64,000 nt of DNA from Acidobacteriota bacterium (lineage in GTDB: Bacteria > Acidobacteriota > Terriglobia > Terriglobales > SCQP01): assembly GCA_027459505.1 (NCBI GenBank), contig DAIDIE010000018.1, positions 19,571 to 83,570 on the forward strand. Reading direction: 5' to 3'. Positions 21,499-30,481 of the stretch are shown piece after piece. The translations under genes and the position numbers were made by a program. Every line of letters begins with the position of its first letter. Positions within the stretch are counted from its first letter, which is position 1. The notes below the pieces were generated by a model. That model saw only the letters and a program-made list of their open reading frames with translations, was not told the DNA's origin and did no database searches.

Positions 21499-22176
21499 AT
21501 GAGACTTCGAATATCTGCTCTGACTGTGTAGATGTGCGGCGTAATTGGGAGCGCTCAGTCCTCAGGCGCAGCTGCGGCAGCGGGGCACAATGCTGCCGGT
21601 GATAAGGTTACGCGTCAGCAAGAAGACCTGACCTACAGTTACCTCTCCGAGGCCTTGGGGCCGCGGCAGCCGGCACGGCTGTACTATGCGGCCGACTGCT
21701 CAGCGCGCTCCGTGGAGCCGCTTCCTTTCCCAGTCCTCGACGTGACGAAGCCACCAAAGAGTGGTCCCACAGCCAAGAAGGTGCGAGCTGTGTTCGCCAA
21801 GGTCGGGGGAGTCACCGTGACATCCGGCCCCGCAGGGATTATTAGGATCACAATCGGAACGCCGGATAAGGCTCCATTGATGGTGCGCATAGCTTATGTG
21901 AGGTTCACCGAGGAACAAAGGTGGGATCCGCTGAGCGCTATCAATGCCATCATGACGAGCAAAGAGGTAGTCTATCGCATGAGTCGGCAGGGCGCATTGT
22001 GGCAGCGGCCGTTCGACGACACTCTCAATCCAATTACTAAGGTTCCGAAGCTGCCGGCAACCCTGCGAGATATGAGCGTTGACGAGGCGCTGGACAGGAT
22101 TGCGCTGGCGTTTGGGATCGAAATCGATTACGGAGAATGCGGCCGAAAAGGACTCATATATTTTTCGGTCCTCTGA
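21499..22176 (+). pseudogene. Secreted hypothetical protein, paralog B, with in-frame TAG in the signal peptide
   Basis: ATG 21499 reads MRLRISALTV, TAG 21529-21531, then MCGVIGSAQS in the same frame; mature part homologous to 19921-20646. Confidence 0.6.
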
Positions 22177-22540
22177 AGGAGCGAGCCACCGAGTCCTTCC
22201 TGCGGGAGGAGATCCCCGCCCGGCAACGGCAGACAACGCCGTTGCTGGGGCCCGTCGCAGGTTGAGGGCTGCGAAATTCCGAGGGGCGGCCTCCTCGCGC
22301 CGGAGAGGAGCCCGGCCATCGGCGGCTTCACGTTCTCACTGGAGAACGTGCCAGCGACCCAACGGAAAGCAATGCCAGCGGGCGGCTCAGGAGACGACGC
22401 CGTGCCTCCGTGCTGGCCTCGATTTCAGCCGAGGCTTCAGGTGACGATTGAGGGGCCTAGACCTGCTGTTCGCCCCGAAGCACCTGCCGCTGGGCGGCGC
22501 GCCGGGTCGCGGCTTGTGCAGGATTGCGGGCTGTATCCTG

Positions 22541-22627
22541 GCGTGGCTCCGCCACGCGGTTCTATATTTGGCGGACTAACCAGCGGTTTCACCGCTGGCT
22601 ACTTTCCAAAGCGTCGCTCCGCGACGC
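22541..22627. repeat. GTAG-type REP-like palindrome flanked by two small hairpins
   Basis: 22580-22602 reads GTAGCCAGCGGTGAAACCGCTGG on minus; flanked by GCGTGGC-TCC-GCCACGC (22541-22557) and GCGTCGC-TCC-GCGACGC (22611-22627). Confidence 0.65.
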
Positions 22628-22744
22628 GCTGACCGGAGGGCGTTGAGGCCGGAGCAGGCAATGGCCAAAGCGCGCGTTGACCGGGGTGCGCAAGGACCGG
22701 AGTGTTAAGCGGCGTTTCTATTCTCTTTGCTTTGTCGCTCAAAA

Positions 22745-23242
22745 ACCCCGGATACGGCGGCCGTGGCGCCGCCTAGCGAATTCATTCGAGGGCTAGTCTT
22801 GCCCGGCGCCAAGCGTGATCTAGTTTTGTGGCGCACTGGCAGGCGCGCTGACAGGGACGCAGTACCGCGTGGATTAGCAGTCTGGGTGTGAGTTGTGTCC
22901 GCTTGGCAGTGTGAGCAGGGACGGGCCTCAGGGCAGCAGGGGGTTTGGCGGCATACGCGCTTCGCGCTATGTTGCTTCCCGATAACTTTGTTCGACACTT
23001 TGGACCGGCTGACGCCGGGGCCCCGTCCTGCCGGCGATGGAAGTGGGCGTTTGCGTTGGGGCGGGACGGGGCGTGGAGGCTGCGCGGCTTTTCTTGTTTC
23101 TTTTTTTGGGGCCTGAGGCTGACCCCGGATACGGCGGCCGTAGCGCCGCCTAGCGAATTCATTCGAGGGCTAATCTTGCCCCTGCCCAACCAGCGCGGCG
23201 TTGACAGGCCAGCTTGCCGGCGCGCAAACAGGGACGCAGTAC
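22745..23242. repeat. Two copies of a palindromic ~120-bp REP-like unit
   Basis: 60-bp block 22745-22804 vs 23122-23181 (2 mismatches) and 24-bp block 22842-22865 vs 23219-23242 (2 mismatches), both offset 377 bp. Confidence 0.85.
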
Positions 23243-23313
23243 GGCAAAGCCCACCAAAGCAATGCGTCCGCGAGGGCCATTCCAACCACTTCGGTATCGC
23301 CACTTCCAGCTAG

Positions 23314-24207
23314 CTACGCTTTTTGTGCTTGCGTGCGTTCCTTCATGAGCTGGATGAAGGATTGGGCGGCGCGGGGCAGGGAGCGGTCGCGGCGGTAGGC
23401 CAGGCCCAATTCGCGCCAAAGGTCCACACCCTGGATGGGGATCAACTTGGCTTCGCCGTTGCGGATCTCGTCATTGGCGTAGCTGGCACTCATCAGAGAG
23501 ACGCCGAGGTTGGCGGCGACAAAGCGTTTGATCATGCCCACGCTGGCGAGTTCCATGGAGACCTGCAGATGGGAGCGGTAAGGGCGAAAGAGCTTGTCCA
23601 GCACCTGCCGGGTGTAGCCGGTTTTGGGGAAGATGATGGGGTGCTCGGCAATTTCGCTGACGCGAATGCTGGGACGGCGTGAAAACGGGTGCTGGGAGGA
23701 GACCATCAGCATGAGACGGTCGCGGAAGATGGGCACGGTTTCAACGCTGGGGCTGTTGACGGGAAGCGTGACGATGCCGATGTCGATGGAGCCTTCATCG
23801 ATTTTCTGCAGAATCTTGTGGCTGAAGTTGCGATAGACGCTGATCTGCACCTTGGGATACAGGCGGTGGTAGTCGGAAAAGGCGTCGGGCAGGACGTAGA
23901 GGCAGGTGGCCTCGTTGGCGCCGATCGCCAAGGTGCCGCGCGGGGTGCTGCGCTGGTCGGCGACCGCGCGCAGGCTTTCGTTGCGCAGTGTCAGCAGGCG
24001 ATTGGCGTATTCGAACAGTACCTCTCCTGCCGGGGTGAGGCGGACGGCCTTGCCCACGCGATCAAAGAGCTTTTCTCCATATTCCTGTTCGAGTTGACGG
24101 ATCTGGGCGCTGACGGCGGGCTGGGAGCGGAACACCTTCTGGCCGGCGCGGGAGAAGCTGCCCTGCTTGGCAACTTCGAGGAATGTGATGAGCTGATCAA
24201 AGTCCAT
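23314..24207 (-). CDS. LysR-family transcriptional regulator (CysL-like)
   Basis: MDFDQLITF...GSFSRAG...SQPAVSAQIRQLE...LFDR HTH plus substrate-binding domain. Confidence 0.93.
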   Translation of the reverse strand: MDFDQLITFLEVAKQGSFSRAGQKVFRSQPAVSAQIRQLEQEYGEKLFDRVGKAVRLTPAGEVLFEYANRLLTLRNESLRAVADQRSTPRGTLAIGANEATCLYVLPDAFSDYHRLYPKVQISVYRNFSHKILQKIDEGSIDIGIVTLPVNSPSVETVPIFRDRLMLMVSSQHPFSRRPSIRVSEIAEHPIIFPKTGYTRQVLDKLFRPYRSHLQVSMELASVGMIKRFVAANLGVSLMSASYANDEIRNGEAKLIPIQGVDLWRELGLAYRRDRSLPRAAQSFIQLMKERTQAQKA

Positions 24208-24310
24208 GGACAAGTTCGCCGGGAAGGACTTCGCGGGCTCCCAGCACATCCTTTGAAAAAAAGGTTGAGCGTCAGGCTCAGCTTAACAGAGTTAAGCGAC
24301 GATGGGGCGC

Positions 24311-24365
24311 GAGGTTGAGCATAGAGGTTGAGCACAGAGGTTGCGCACAGAGGTTGCGCACAGAG
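24311..24365. repeat. 13-bp tandem repeat, four copies plus a partial: GAGGTTG(A/C)GCA(T/C)A
   Basis: Units start at 24311, 24324, 24337 and 24350. Confidence 0.9.
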
Positions 24366-24507
24366 CGGGGCTGACGGGGGTGGAGGCGAAAACCTTGGAA
24401 GCGAGGCGCGAAGGTGCATGTGAGTTCAGGTGGGACGCAGCCGGGAGGGCACTGCTGGCGAGCGACATGATCTGTCGTGACCGCCGCAGCAATTCCGCGA
24501 GAGGCCG

Positions 24508-25671
24508 CTAGGCCAAGGTGAGGGCATGGTTGCGCGGCGCGTGCGCGTCCGCGGTTTCGCCGTAGATCTGGATCATGCGCCGCGCCGCGTCATCCCAACT
24601 GAACTGTTGCACCTGACGGTAGCCGAGGGCCTTGAGGCGCTCGCGGGCCGGTGCGTCCAACAAAGCCTGGCGGAGGCCGCGCATGATGTCGAAGACGTTT
24701 TCCGGGTTCACCAGCAGGGCGGCCTGGTCGACGACTTCGGGAAGCGAACTGGTGTTGGAGGTGACCACGGGGGTGCCATGCGCCATGGCCTCCAGCGGCG
24801 GCATGCCGAAGCCTTCATAACGGGAAGGGAAGGCGAAGACCTTGGCGACGTCGTAAAAAATGCGGAGGCTTTCGATGGGAACGAAGCCCAGGAAGCGCAC
24901 ATCGTTTTCAATACGGCTGCGGATGACGGTGCGGCGCAAGTGGGGATGCTTGGAGAGTTCGTCGCCGATGATGATCAGTTTCAGATCCGTATAGACACCG
25001 AGTTTATTGAGTTCGGCTTTGAGAGCGGCGAAGGCTTCAATGAGTTTTTCAATGTTTTTGTGGCGCTGGACGCGGCCGGCGTAGAGGATGAAGGGATAGT
25101 GAATGGCGTAGCGCTCGGCAATGAACTGGCGTTCCGCCTCGCTGGCGTGTCCCTGCAGGAAGCGCTCATCAATACCGTTGTAGACCACGTCGACGCGTTC
25201 CGGGGGGATGGCGAAGACGCGCATGAGGTCGCGCCGGGTGGCGTGGGAGACGGCGACGAGGCGGGCGGCGCCGCGCAGGGAACGCCGGACCAGGGAAAAC
25301 ATGGAGGCGGAGAGCCATTGCGAGCGGCGGCCGGGGGGATAGATGAATTCCACCAGATCGTGGATGGTGACCACGTAAGGACAGGGTAGGGATTGGGGAA
25401 TCCAGTGGTAGTGCGGGACATGAAAGACCTGAGCGCGGTGACGGCGCAAGAGCAGGTGCAGGGCGTAGATATTGCGCGGCGAGCGTTCCGAGACGCGGTA
25501 GGGGATGGGGACGAAGTTGGCGGGGAGCTCCTCGCCGCCGTTGTCGTCCCACCCCACCAGGAGATAGCGGTTGATCTGATCGAGGCGGGCGAGGCTGCGC
25601 AGGATATTGCGCAGGTAGGTGCCAAAACCAAAATGGTTGACGCGGCGAACGTCGATGGCGATGTTGGCCAT
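24508..25671 (-). CDS. GT4 (group 1) glycosyltransferase
   Basis: VVTIHDL, HKNI, FPSRYEGFGMPPLEAMA, SSLPEV. Confidence 0.93.
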   Translation of the reverse strand: MANIAIDVRRVNHFGFGTYLRNILRSLARLDQINRYLLVGWDDNGGEELPANFVPIPYRVSERSPRNIYALHLLLRRHRAQVFHVPHYHWIPQSLPCPYVVTIHDLVEFIYPPGRRSQWLSASMFSLVRRSLRGAARLVAVSHATRRDLMRVFAIPPERVDVVYNGIDERFLQGHASEAERQFIAERYAIHYPFILYAGRVQRHKNIEKLIEAFAALKAELNKLGVYTDLKLIIIGDELSKHPHLRRTVIRSRIENDVRFLGFVPIESLRIFYDVAKVFAFPSRYEGFGMPPLEAMAHGTPVVTSNTSSLPEVVDQAALLVNPENVFDIMRGLRQALLDAPARERLKALGYRQVQQFSWDDAARRMIQIYGETADAHAPRNHALTLA

Positions 25672-25797
25672 ATAGCAACCGGGCGGAATGGCGAACGCGG
25701 AGCGCAACCGTGGTCGTAGTGAAAGCCCCGCAGTGTGATTGGGCGGTCCGGAGGCAGCCGCAAGGGGCTGCCCGGGTCCGCATTTCACCCGTTACGC

Positions 25798-27066
25798 TTA
25801 GCGCACGGCCGCCTGGCGCAATTCGGGATAGAGGGGGAAGCGCTCCACCAGATCGAGCACTTTGCGGCGCACGCCGGCGAGAACCTGGGGCTGCTGGTAG
25901 CCGCGCAGCGCCTCGGCGATGAGGCCGCCAATCTGTTGCATTTCCGCTTCGCGCATGCCACGGGTGGTGATGGCGGGCGTGCCCAGGCGGATACCGCTGG
26001 GGTTCATCGGCGGATTGGTGTCAAAGGGGATGGCGTTCTTGTTGACAGTGATATTGGCTTCGCCGAGAGCGTGTTCGGCATCTTTGCCGCGAATGCCCTG
26101 GGAGAAGACGTCGACCAGCATGAGATGGGTATCGGTGCCGCCGGAAATAATGCGGAAGCCTTCGGCCTGAAGCTGGGCAGCCAGGGCGCGGGCATTGGCC
26201 ACCACCTGGGCGGCGTACCGCTGGAAGGAGGGGCGCAGGGCCTCGCCGAAGCAGACGGCTTTGGCGGCGACGATATGCATGAGCGGACCGCCCTGATTGC
26301 CGGGGAAGACGGTTTTATCGATGGCGGCGGCGAACTCTTTGCGGCTCAGGATGAGGCCGGCGCGGGGGCCGCGCAGCGTCTTATGGGTGGTGCTGGTGAC
26401 AATGTGCGCGTGCTCGACGGGGTTGGGATGAACCTTGCCGGCGACCAGGCCGGCGAAATGCGCCATATCAACCATGAACAGCGCTCCCACCTCGTCGGCA
26501 ATGGCGCGCATGCGCGCGAAGTCGAAAATGCGAGGATAGGCGCTGCCTCCACCGACGATCAATTTAGGACGGTGTTCGCGGGCGAGCGAGGCGAGCTGGT
26601 CGTAGTCGAGGGTCTCGGTATCGCGCGAAACCTCATAGGGGACGATCTTAAAGGTCTTGCCGGAAAAGTTCAGGGGGTGGCCGTGCGTGAGGTGTCCGCC
26701 ATGCGCCAGGCTGAGACCCATGATGGTGTCGCCAGGCTGCAGGACGGCGCCGTAGGCCGACTGGTTCGCCTGAGAGCCGGAGTGCGGCTGGACGTTGGCG
26801 TGTTCGGCGCCAAAAAGTTGGCAGGCGCGCTGGCGCGCCAACTCCTCAACCTTGTCGACGAACTCGCAGCCGCCGTAATAGCGCTTGCCGGGATAGCCTT
26901 CGGCGTATTTGTTGGTCAACACCGACCCAGCCGCTTCCAACACCGCGGGGCTGACGAAGTTTTCCGAGGCGATCAGTTCCAGGTGCTCGTGCTGGCGCTC
27001 GGTTTCCTGTTCCATGGCCAAGGCAAGTTCGGGATCTTCAGCGGAAATGGCGGGGTAGGGCTTCAT
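25798..27066 (-). CDS. glyA: Serine hydroxymethyltransferase
   Basis: [45 protein letters not shown]. Confidence 0.98.
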   Translation of the reverse strand: MKPYPAISAEDPELALAMEQETERQHEHLELIASENFVSPAVLEAAGSVLTNKYAEGYPGKRYYGGCEFVDKVEELARQRACQLFGAEHANVQPHSGSQANQSAYGAVLQPGDTIMGLSLAHGGHLTHGHPLNFSGKTFKIVPYEVSRDTETLDYDQLASLAREHRPKLIVGGGSAYPRIFDFARMRAIADEVGALFMVDMAHFAGLVAGKVHPNPVEHAHIVTSTTHKTLRGPRAGLILSRKEFAAAIDKTVFPGNQGGPLMHIVAAKAVCFGEALRPSFQRYAAQVVANARALAAQLQAEGFRIISGGTDTHLMLVDVFSQGIRGKDAEHALGEANITVNKNAIPFDTNPPMNPSGIRLGTPAITTRGMREAEMQQIGGLIAEALRGYQQPQVLAGVRRKVLDLVERFPLYPELRQAAVR

Positions 27067-27086
27067 CGGGTAGCAGGTGCTCCTCA

Positions 27087-27209
27087 GCGAGTATTTGCGA
27101 CAGTGCCGGGGCCCGGAGGGGGAGACGGCACGCCAGAACGGTTGTTGAACGCGGATCTTATGGCCAAGCCACACGGCGCCCATGGAGAGGGACGACCAGC
27201 GCCTGGGTG
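27087..27209 (+). promoter_or_regulatory. Degenerate ZTP(pfl)-riboswitch-like element, antisense to glyA
   Basis: GGGGAGACG after a short hairpin and downstream GACCAGCGCCTGGGT resemble ZTP J2/1 and P3/L3; the GACUGGCG motif is degenerate (GTATTTGCG). Confidence 0.3.
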
Positions 27210-27382
27210 AAGGATCGCGAGTGCTGAACCTGGTGGTCCGGCGGTCACTCTCCATTATGCGCGAGAGCCGCCGCCGGAGGATATGGCGATCGATTGAGGT
27301 GGCACGCTCTGGCGCTGTCAAGGCGGAGTTGATGGCTGGCGGAGCGAAAACTGGACAGATGATCCAGGGGTGATGGCTGCTG

Positions 27383-27455
27383 AAAAAAAACCCGGAAGAC
27401 TTTGCGTCTTCCGGGAGTGGTCGTTGCCCTGTAGGGCACGGTCAAGTGTGTGGAT
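27383..27455 (-). ncRNA. Candidate ~73-nt small RNA with intrinsic terminator
   Basis: TATATT -10 at 27467-27462 downstream of an AT-rich tract; hairpin TGCCCT-AC-AGGGCA; 10-bp stem CCCGGAAGAC/GTCTTCCGGG followed by T8. Confidence 0.45.
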
Positions 27456-27656
27456 AGAACTAATATACTCAAAACCGAATTCACAAAACAGAATTTTTTT
27501 CTGATTTCAAATATTGGAAACGGAAGTGGTTGGGAAGCGATTTCCATTTGAGAATAGAAATCGTTGAAACAAAAGGATTTGATTTGATCGAGCGCGGGGC
27601 TTTGAAGTTGAGGTGGAGGAGTTGGTCACTCCTATTTTATGGAATCAGCAGTAGCG

Positions 27657-28817
27657 CTATAGGGCGGCGCTGAGTGTCTGCTGGCGCCATGGGTTAAGGG
27701 GTGCGGGTGCGGTTGTGAGATCAAAAAGCACCTGTTCCATCACGAGGCGGGCCGAAAGCGGGGAAGAGCGCAGCCACACATCGGCCTTTTGCAGCAGTTC
27801 CAGCGCGCGCAGCAGGGTACGCAGCGGCATGCGTTCACTGACGGCCAGGATGTCGTCGGCGGCGAAGGTCGGGGGCTTGAGGCCGTCGGGCAAGACGGAG
27901 TAGAGCTGACCGCGGTCGCGAATGCCACGCTCTTTCAAGAGCACGGCCATTTTGAAAATACGAGCGAGCTGAAAGATCAGGGGAATACCCAGGGCATCGC
28001 CTTCGGCGTCCCACATGGTCTCGAGTACCTGCAGGGCGCGAACGCGATCGCGCAGGGCCAAGGCGCGGGCCAAGTCATAGGCGGAGCGCTGCCGGTTGGC
28101 GCTGACCATCATTTCGACATCCTGCTTGCGCACCACGCCCTCCTGCTGGGCAAAGCAGCAGAGTTTACCAAGCTCGGCGGAGGTCATGCCCAGATCGCCG
28201 TCGAGCAGTTCCAGGAGCAGGCGAGCGGCGTCGGGCTCAATCTTCATATTCTGTTCGCCAGCCAACTGGCGGGCAATTTCCACGCCCTGGGCTTCGGCGA
28301 CGCGGGCGCAAAGGAAGGTTTCGACCCCTTTGCCGGCGCCCAACGTCTCCTCGATGCGCTTCAGTTTGCTCTTGTCATCGAGGGAGATGCGGCGCTGGTC
28401 GACAGGAACGCGCAGGTGATCGGCGATAAAGACGAGGACGGAGTTGGGGTTGGCGTCTTTGAGATAGCCGTGCAGGTTATTGGGGAAGTCGCCGTGCTTG
28501 CGGCGCGAACCTTTCTTTTTGGGCGCATCACCGCTGCCGCCGCCGCGCCCGAAGAGGTCCTTAACGTTGCGGATGAAAAAAATCTGGACCGGGGCCATGA
28601 GGGAGGAGTTGCGCGCCCGGTCAAGGATGTCGTCGAGCCCGGTGGTGGAGAGATCTTCTTCAAAGACGCAGTAGCCGTGCATCTCCTGGGGGACAAGCAA
28701 CTGGAGCAGCGCCTGGCGAAAGCGGTCGCGGAAGAAGATTTCATCGCCCACCAGCACGTAGGCGGGCCGGATGCGATCCCGCTGCAAAGGGGGCAGGAGT
28801 TTGTCGAGCAGGCTCAC
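27657..28817 (-). CDS. holA: DNA polymerase III delta subunit
   Basis: PAYVLVGDEIFF, SLMAP, ELGKL, DVEMMV; follows lptE as in many Gram-negative bacteria. Confidence 0.85.
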   Translation of the reverse strand: MSLLDKLLPPLQRDRIRPAYVLVGDEIFFRDRFRQALLQLLVPQEMHGYCVFEEDLSTTGLDDILDRARNSSLMAPVQIFFIRNVKDLFGRGGGSGDAPKKKGSRRKHGDFPNNLHGYLKDANPNSVLVFIADHLRVPVDQRRISLDDKSKLKRIEETLGAGKGVETFLCARVAEAQGVEIARQLAGEQNMKIEPDAARLLLELLDGDLGMTSAELGKLCCFAQQEGVVRKQDVEMMVSANRQRSAYDLARALALRDRVRALQVLETMWDAEGDALGIPLIFQLARIFKMAVLLKERGIRDRGQLYSVLPDGLKPPTFAADDILAVSERMPLRTLLRALELLQKADVWLRSSPLSARLVMEQVLFDLTTAPAPLNPWRQQTLSAAL

Positions 28818-28871
28818 TGGCGCATTATAGCGCCTTGGCGAGGCGGGGGCGTTGGCCATCTGGATACCGTC

Positions 28872-29411
28872 TCAGAAGTTTTCCAGAACGCCGGAGACGA
28901 TTTCCTGCGCGATGGTGCGGCTCAGGCGCTGCAAGGCGACAGGTTGCTCTTCGAAGAAGTCGCGGGCGGAAGAGCTGATCTGGTATTGATCGCGGAAGAC
29001 CATGTTGTTGTTGCGGTAAAGTTCCTTACCCTGGCGGGTGACCAGCCAGGCGCGTACCGTGACAACGACCTCGACCATGCTGGCGCGTCCAGTGGTGGGG
29101 TCGAAGGTAACCGGTGTCTCATACATGCTCAGCACATCGCCGTGCAGCACGGCGTCGCTGCCAGCCGTTTCCGGCTGAATGCGGTAGTGAGTTCGCTGGA
29201 TGAAGGTTCGAACGATGGCGGCGGTGACCTGCTGGGATAGTTGCGGCAGGCGGGTATGGTTGGCCAGGGGCGGGACGGCGATGACGTGAATTTCCGGCGG
29301 GAGTGTGTTGATGGCCGTGCCGGTATGGTAACCGCAAGCGCAGAGCGCGATGGCCAAGCTGGTCAGCAGAGCCAACAGGCCAAGGCGGCAGCGGCTAGCG
29401 GTGCGCTTCAC
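28872..29411 (-). CDS. lptE: LPS assembly lipoprotein LptE family
   Basis: Lipobox LCA-C-GYH, IAVPPLAN, DAVLHG; upstream of holA. Confidence 0.85.
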   Translation of the reverse strand: MKRTASRCRLGLLALLTSLAIALCACGYHTGTAINTLPPEIHVIAVPPLANHTRLPQLSQQVTAAIVRTFIQRTHYRIQPETAGSDAVLHGDVLSMYETPVTFDPTTGRASMVEVVVTVRAWLVTRQGKELYRNNNMVFRDQYQISSSARDFFEEQPVALQRLSRTIAQEIVSGVLENF

Positions 29412-30481
29412 TGGGTCAGGCTCCGGTCCAGTTGCAGCAGCGCGCTGGCGGCGGCGATCGCGCGCAGAGCGTTGAGGCGGAGATTGTCAAGGGCGCAGAA
29501 GACCCAAAAGGTATTGGGCGCCAATGCATCGGGCTGGACAGCGCCAATCAGGGGTGCATCCTGGCCGGTGGCCAGGACCACGTCGGGGGCGCCATCGCCA
29601 TGCAGGATCATGCCGGAGCTCAGGGCTTCGGTGAGGCGCGCGGCGCCGGGCGCCGCGGAAGCGGCTTCGAATTGTAAGCAGAGAGAAATCACCTGGCCGT
29701 GGAAAAAGGGGCCCTGGAGCAGTTGCATGGCGGGAAGCGGCGCGCTTCCCGCGAGCAAAGCGCGAAGCTGTTGGCCCAAACGGTCGAGCAGTTCGCGCAG
29801 ACCGGGCTGCGCTTCGCTGCCCAATTCGGCGCAGAGGTTGAAGGCGATTTGCTTGCCAAAGATCCGGGTAGGCAGTGGTTTCAACGCCAGGAGGTTGGAG
29901 CTTTGCTGTTGCAGTTCATTCATGCCCGCGTGGCCGCGCTGGCTGGCGGCGTCGAAGACGGTGGCGGTAGAAGCGCGCAGTGGACCGCAAGCGGAGGCGG
30001 CGAGCAAGAGCGTGGCCAGGGCCTGCACGGCGGGATTGGCGATCACCACCAGGCGCGTCCGCGGCGAGGGTTGTTGAGGAAGGCTTACCGGACCGAAAAG
30101 TAGCGCGGAGGGGTCCGTCAACTCCGATTGCAGAGCGCCGGTCAGGTCAACCAGGAAGCGCGCGCCATTGCGCGCCATGGTGAAATAGCGGCGCGTTTGT
30201 GGCTCCGGTCCACAGAAAAACACGAGGTCGAGATCCTGGAACTTGTCCGGGGAGGGCTCGTCAAAGATCATGGCCTCATCGGCGAAGAGCGAAAGGCGGC
30301 GGCTGTCGGCGGTTTGTTCCACCTGCGGCTCAGCGGCGTTTTCCAGAAGGAGCGGATCGCGAAAGCCGAGCGGAGTGTCGCGCAGCAGGCGTCCGAGTTC
30401 CTGGCCCAGCAGCGAGGAGGCGCCCACAATGGCGAGCCGCGCCGGGGCGGTGTGCGGGCGCTCAGGCATAACGGGTTCCAT
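29408..30481 (-). CDS. Aspartate-semialdehyde dehydrogenase-like protein (degenerate, Usg-like)
   Basis: AIVGASSLLG, DLVFFCG, ASQRG, QIAFNL, DNLR; catalytic Cys and His positions substituted. Confidence 0.75.
   Translation of the reverse strand: MEPVMPERPHTAPARLAIVGASSLLGQELGRLLRDTPLGFRDPLLLENAAEPQVEQTADSRRLSLFADEAMIFDEPSPDKFQDLDLVFFCGPEPQTRRYFTMARNGARFLVDLTGALQSELTDPSALLFGPVSLPQQPSPRTRLVVIANPAVQALATLLLAASACGPLRASTATVFDAASQRGHAGMNELQQQSSNLLALKPLPTRIFGKQIAFNLCAELGSEAQPGLRELLDRLGQQLRALLAGSAPLPAMQLLQGPFFHGQVISLCLQFEAASAAPGAARLTEALSSGMILHGDGAPDVVLATGQDAPLIGAVQPDALAPNTFWVFCALDNLRLNALRAIAAASALLQLDRSLTQ

Noticed and set aside
22745..23242. CRISPR array
   Set aside because: Only two copies, 60 bp long and 377 bp apart, with no cas genes
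24311..24365. CRISPR or iteron array
   Set aside because: Contiguous 13-bp units without spacers; no cas or rep gene nearby
27390..27435. c-di-GMP-I riboswitch resemblance (ACAGGGCAA...GACGCAAAG on minus)
   Set aside because: No GNRA-capped P2 stem or P3; GACGCAAAG is the loop region of the terminator hairpin
27448..27456. DnaA box / oriC
   Set aside because: A single one-mismatch box (CTATCCACA), with no box cluster and no dnaA context
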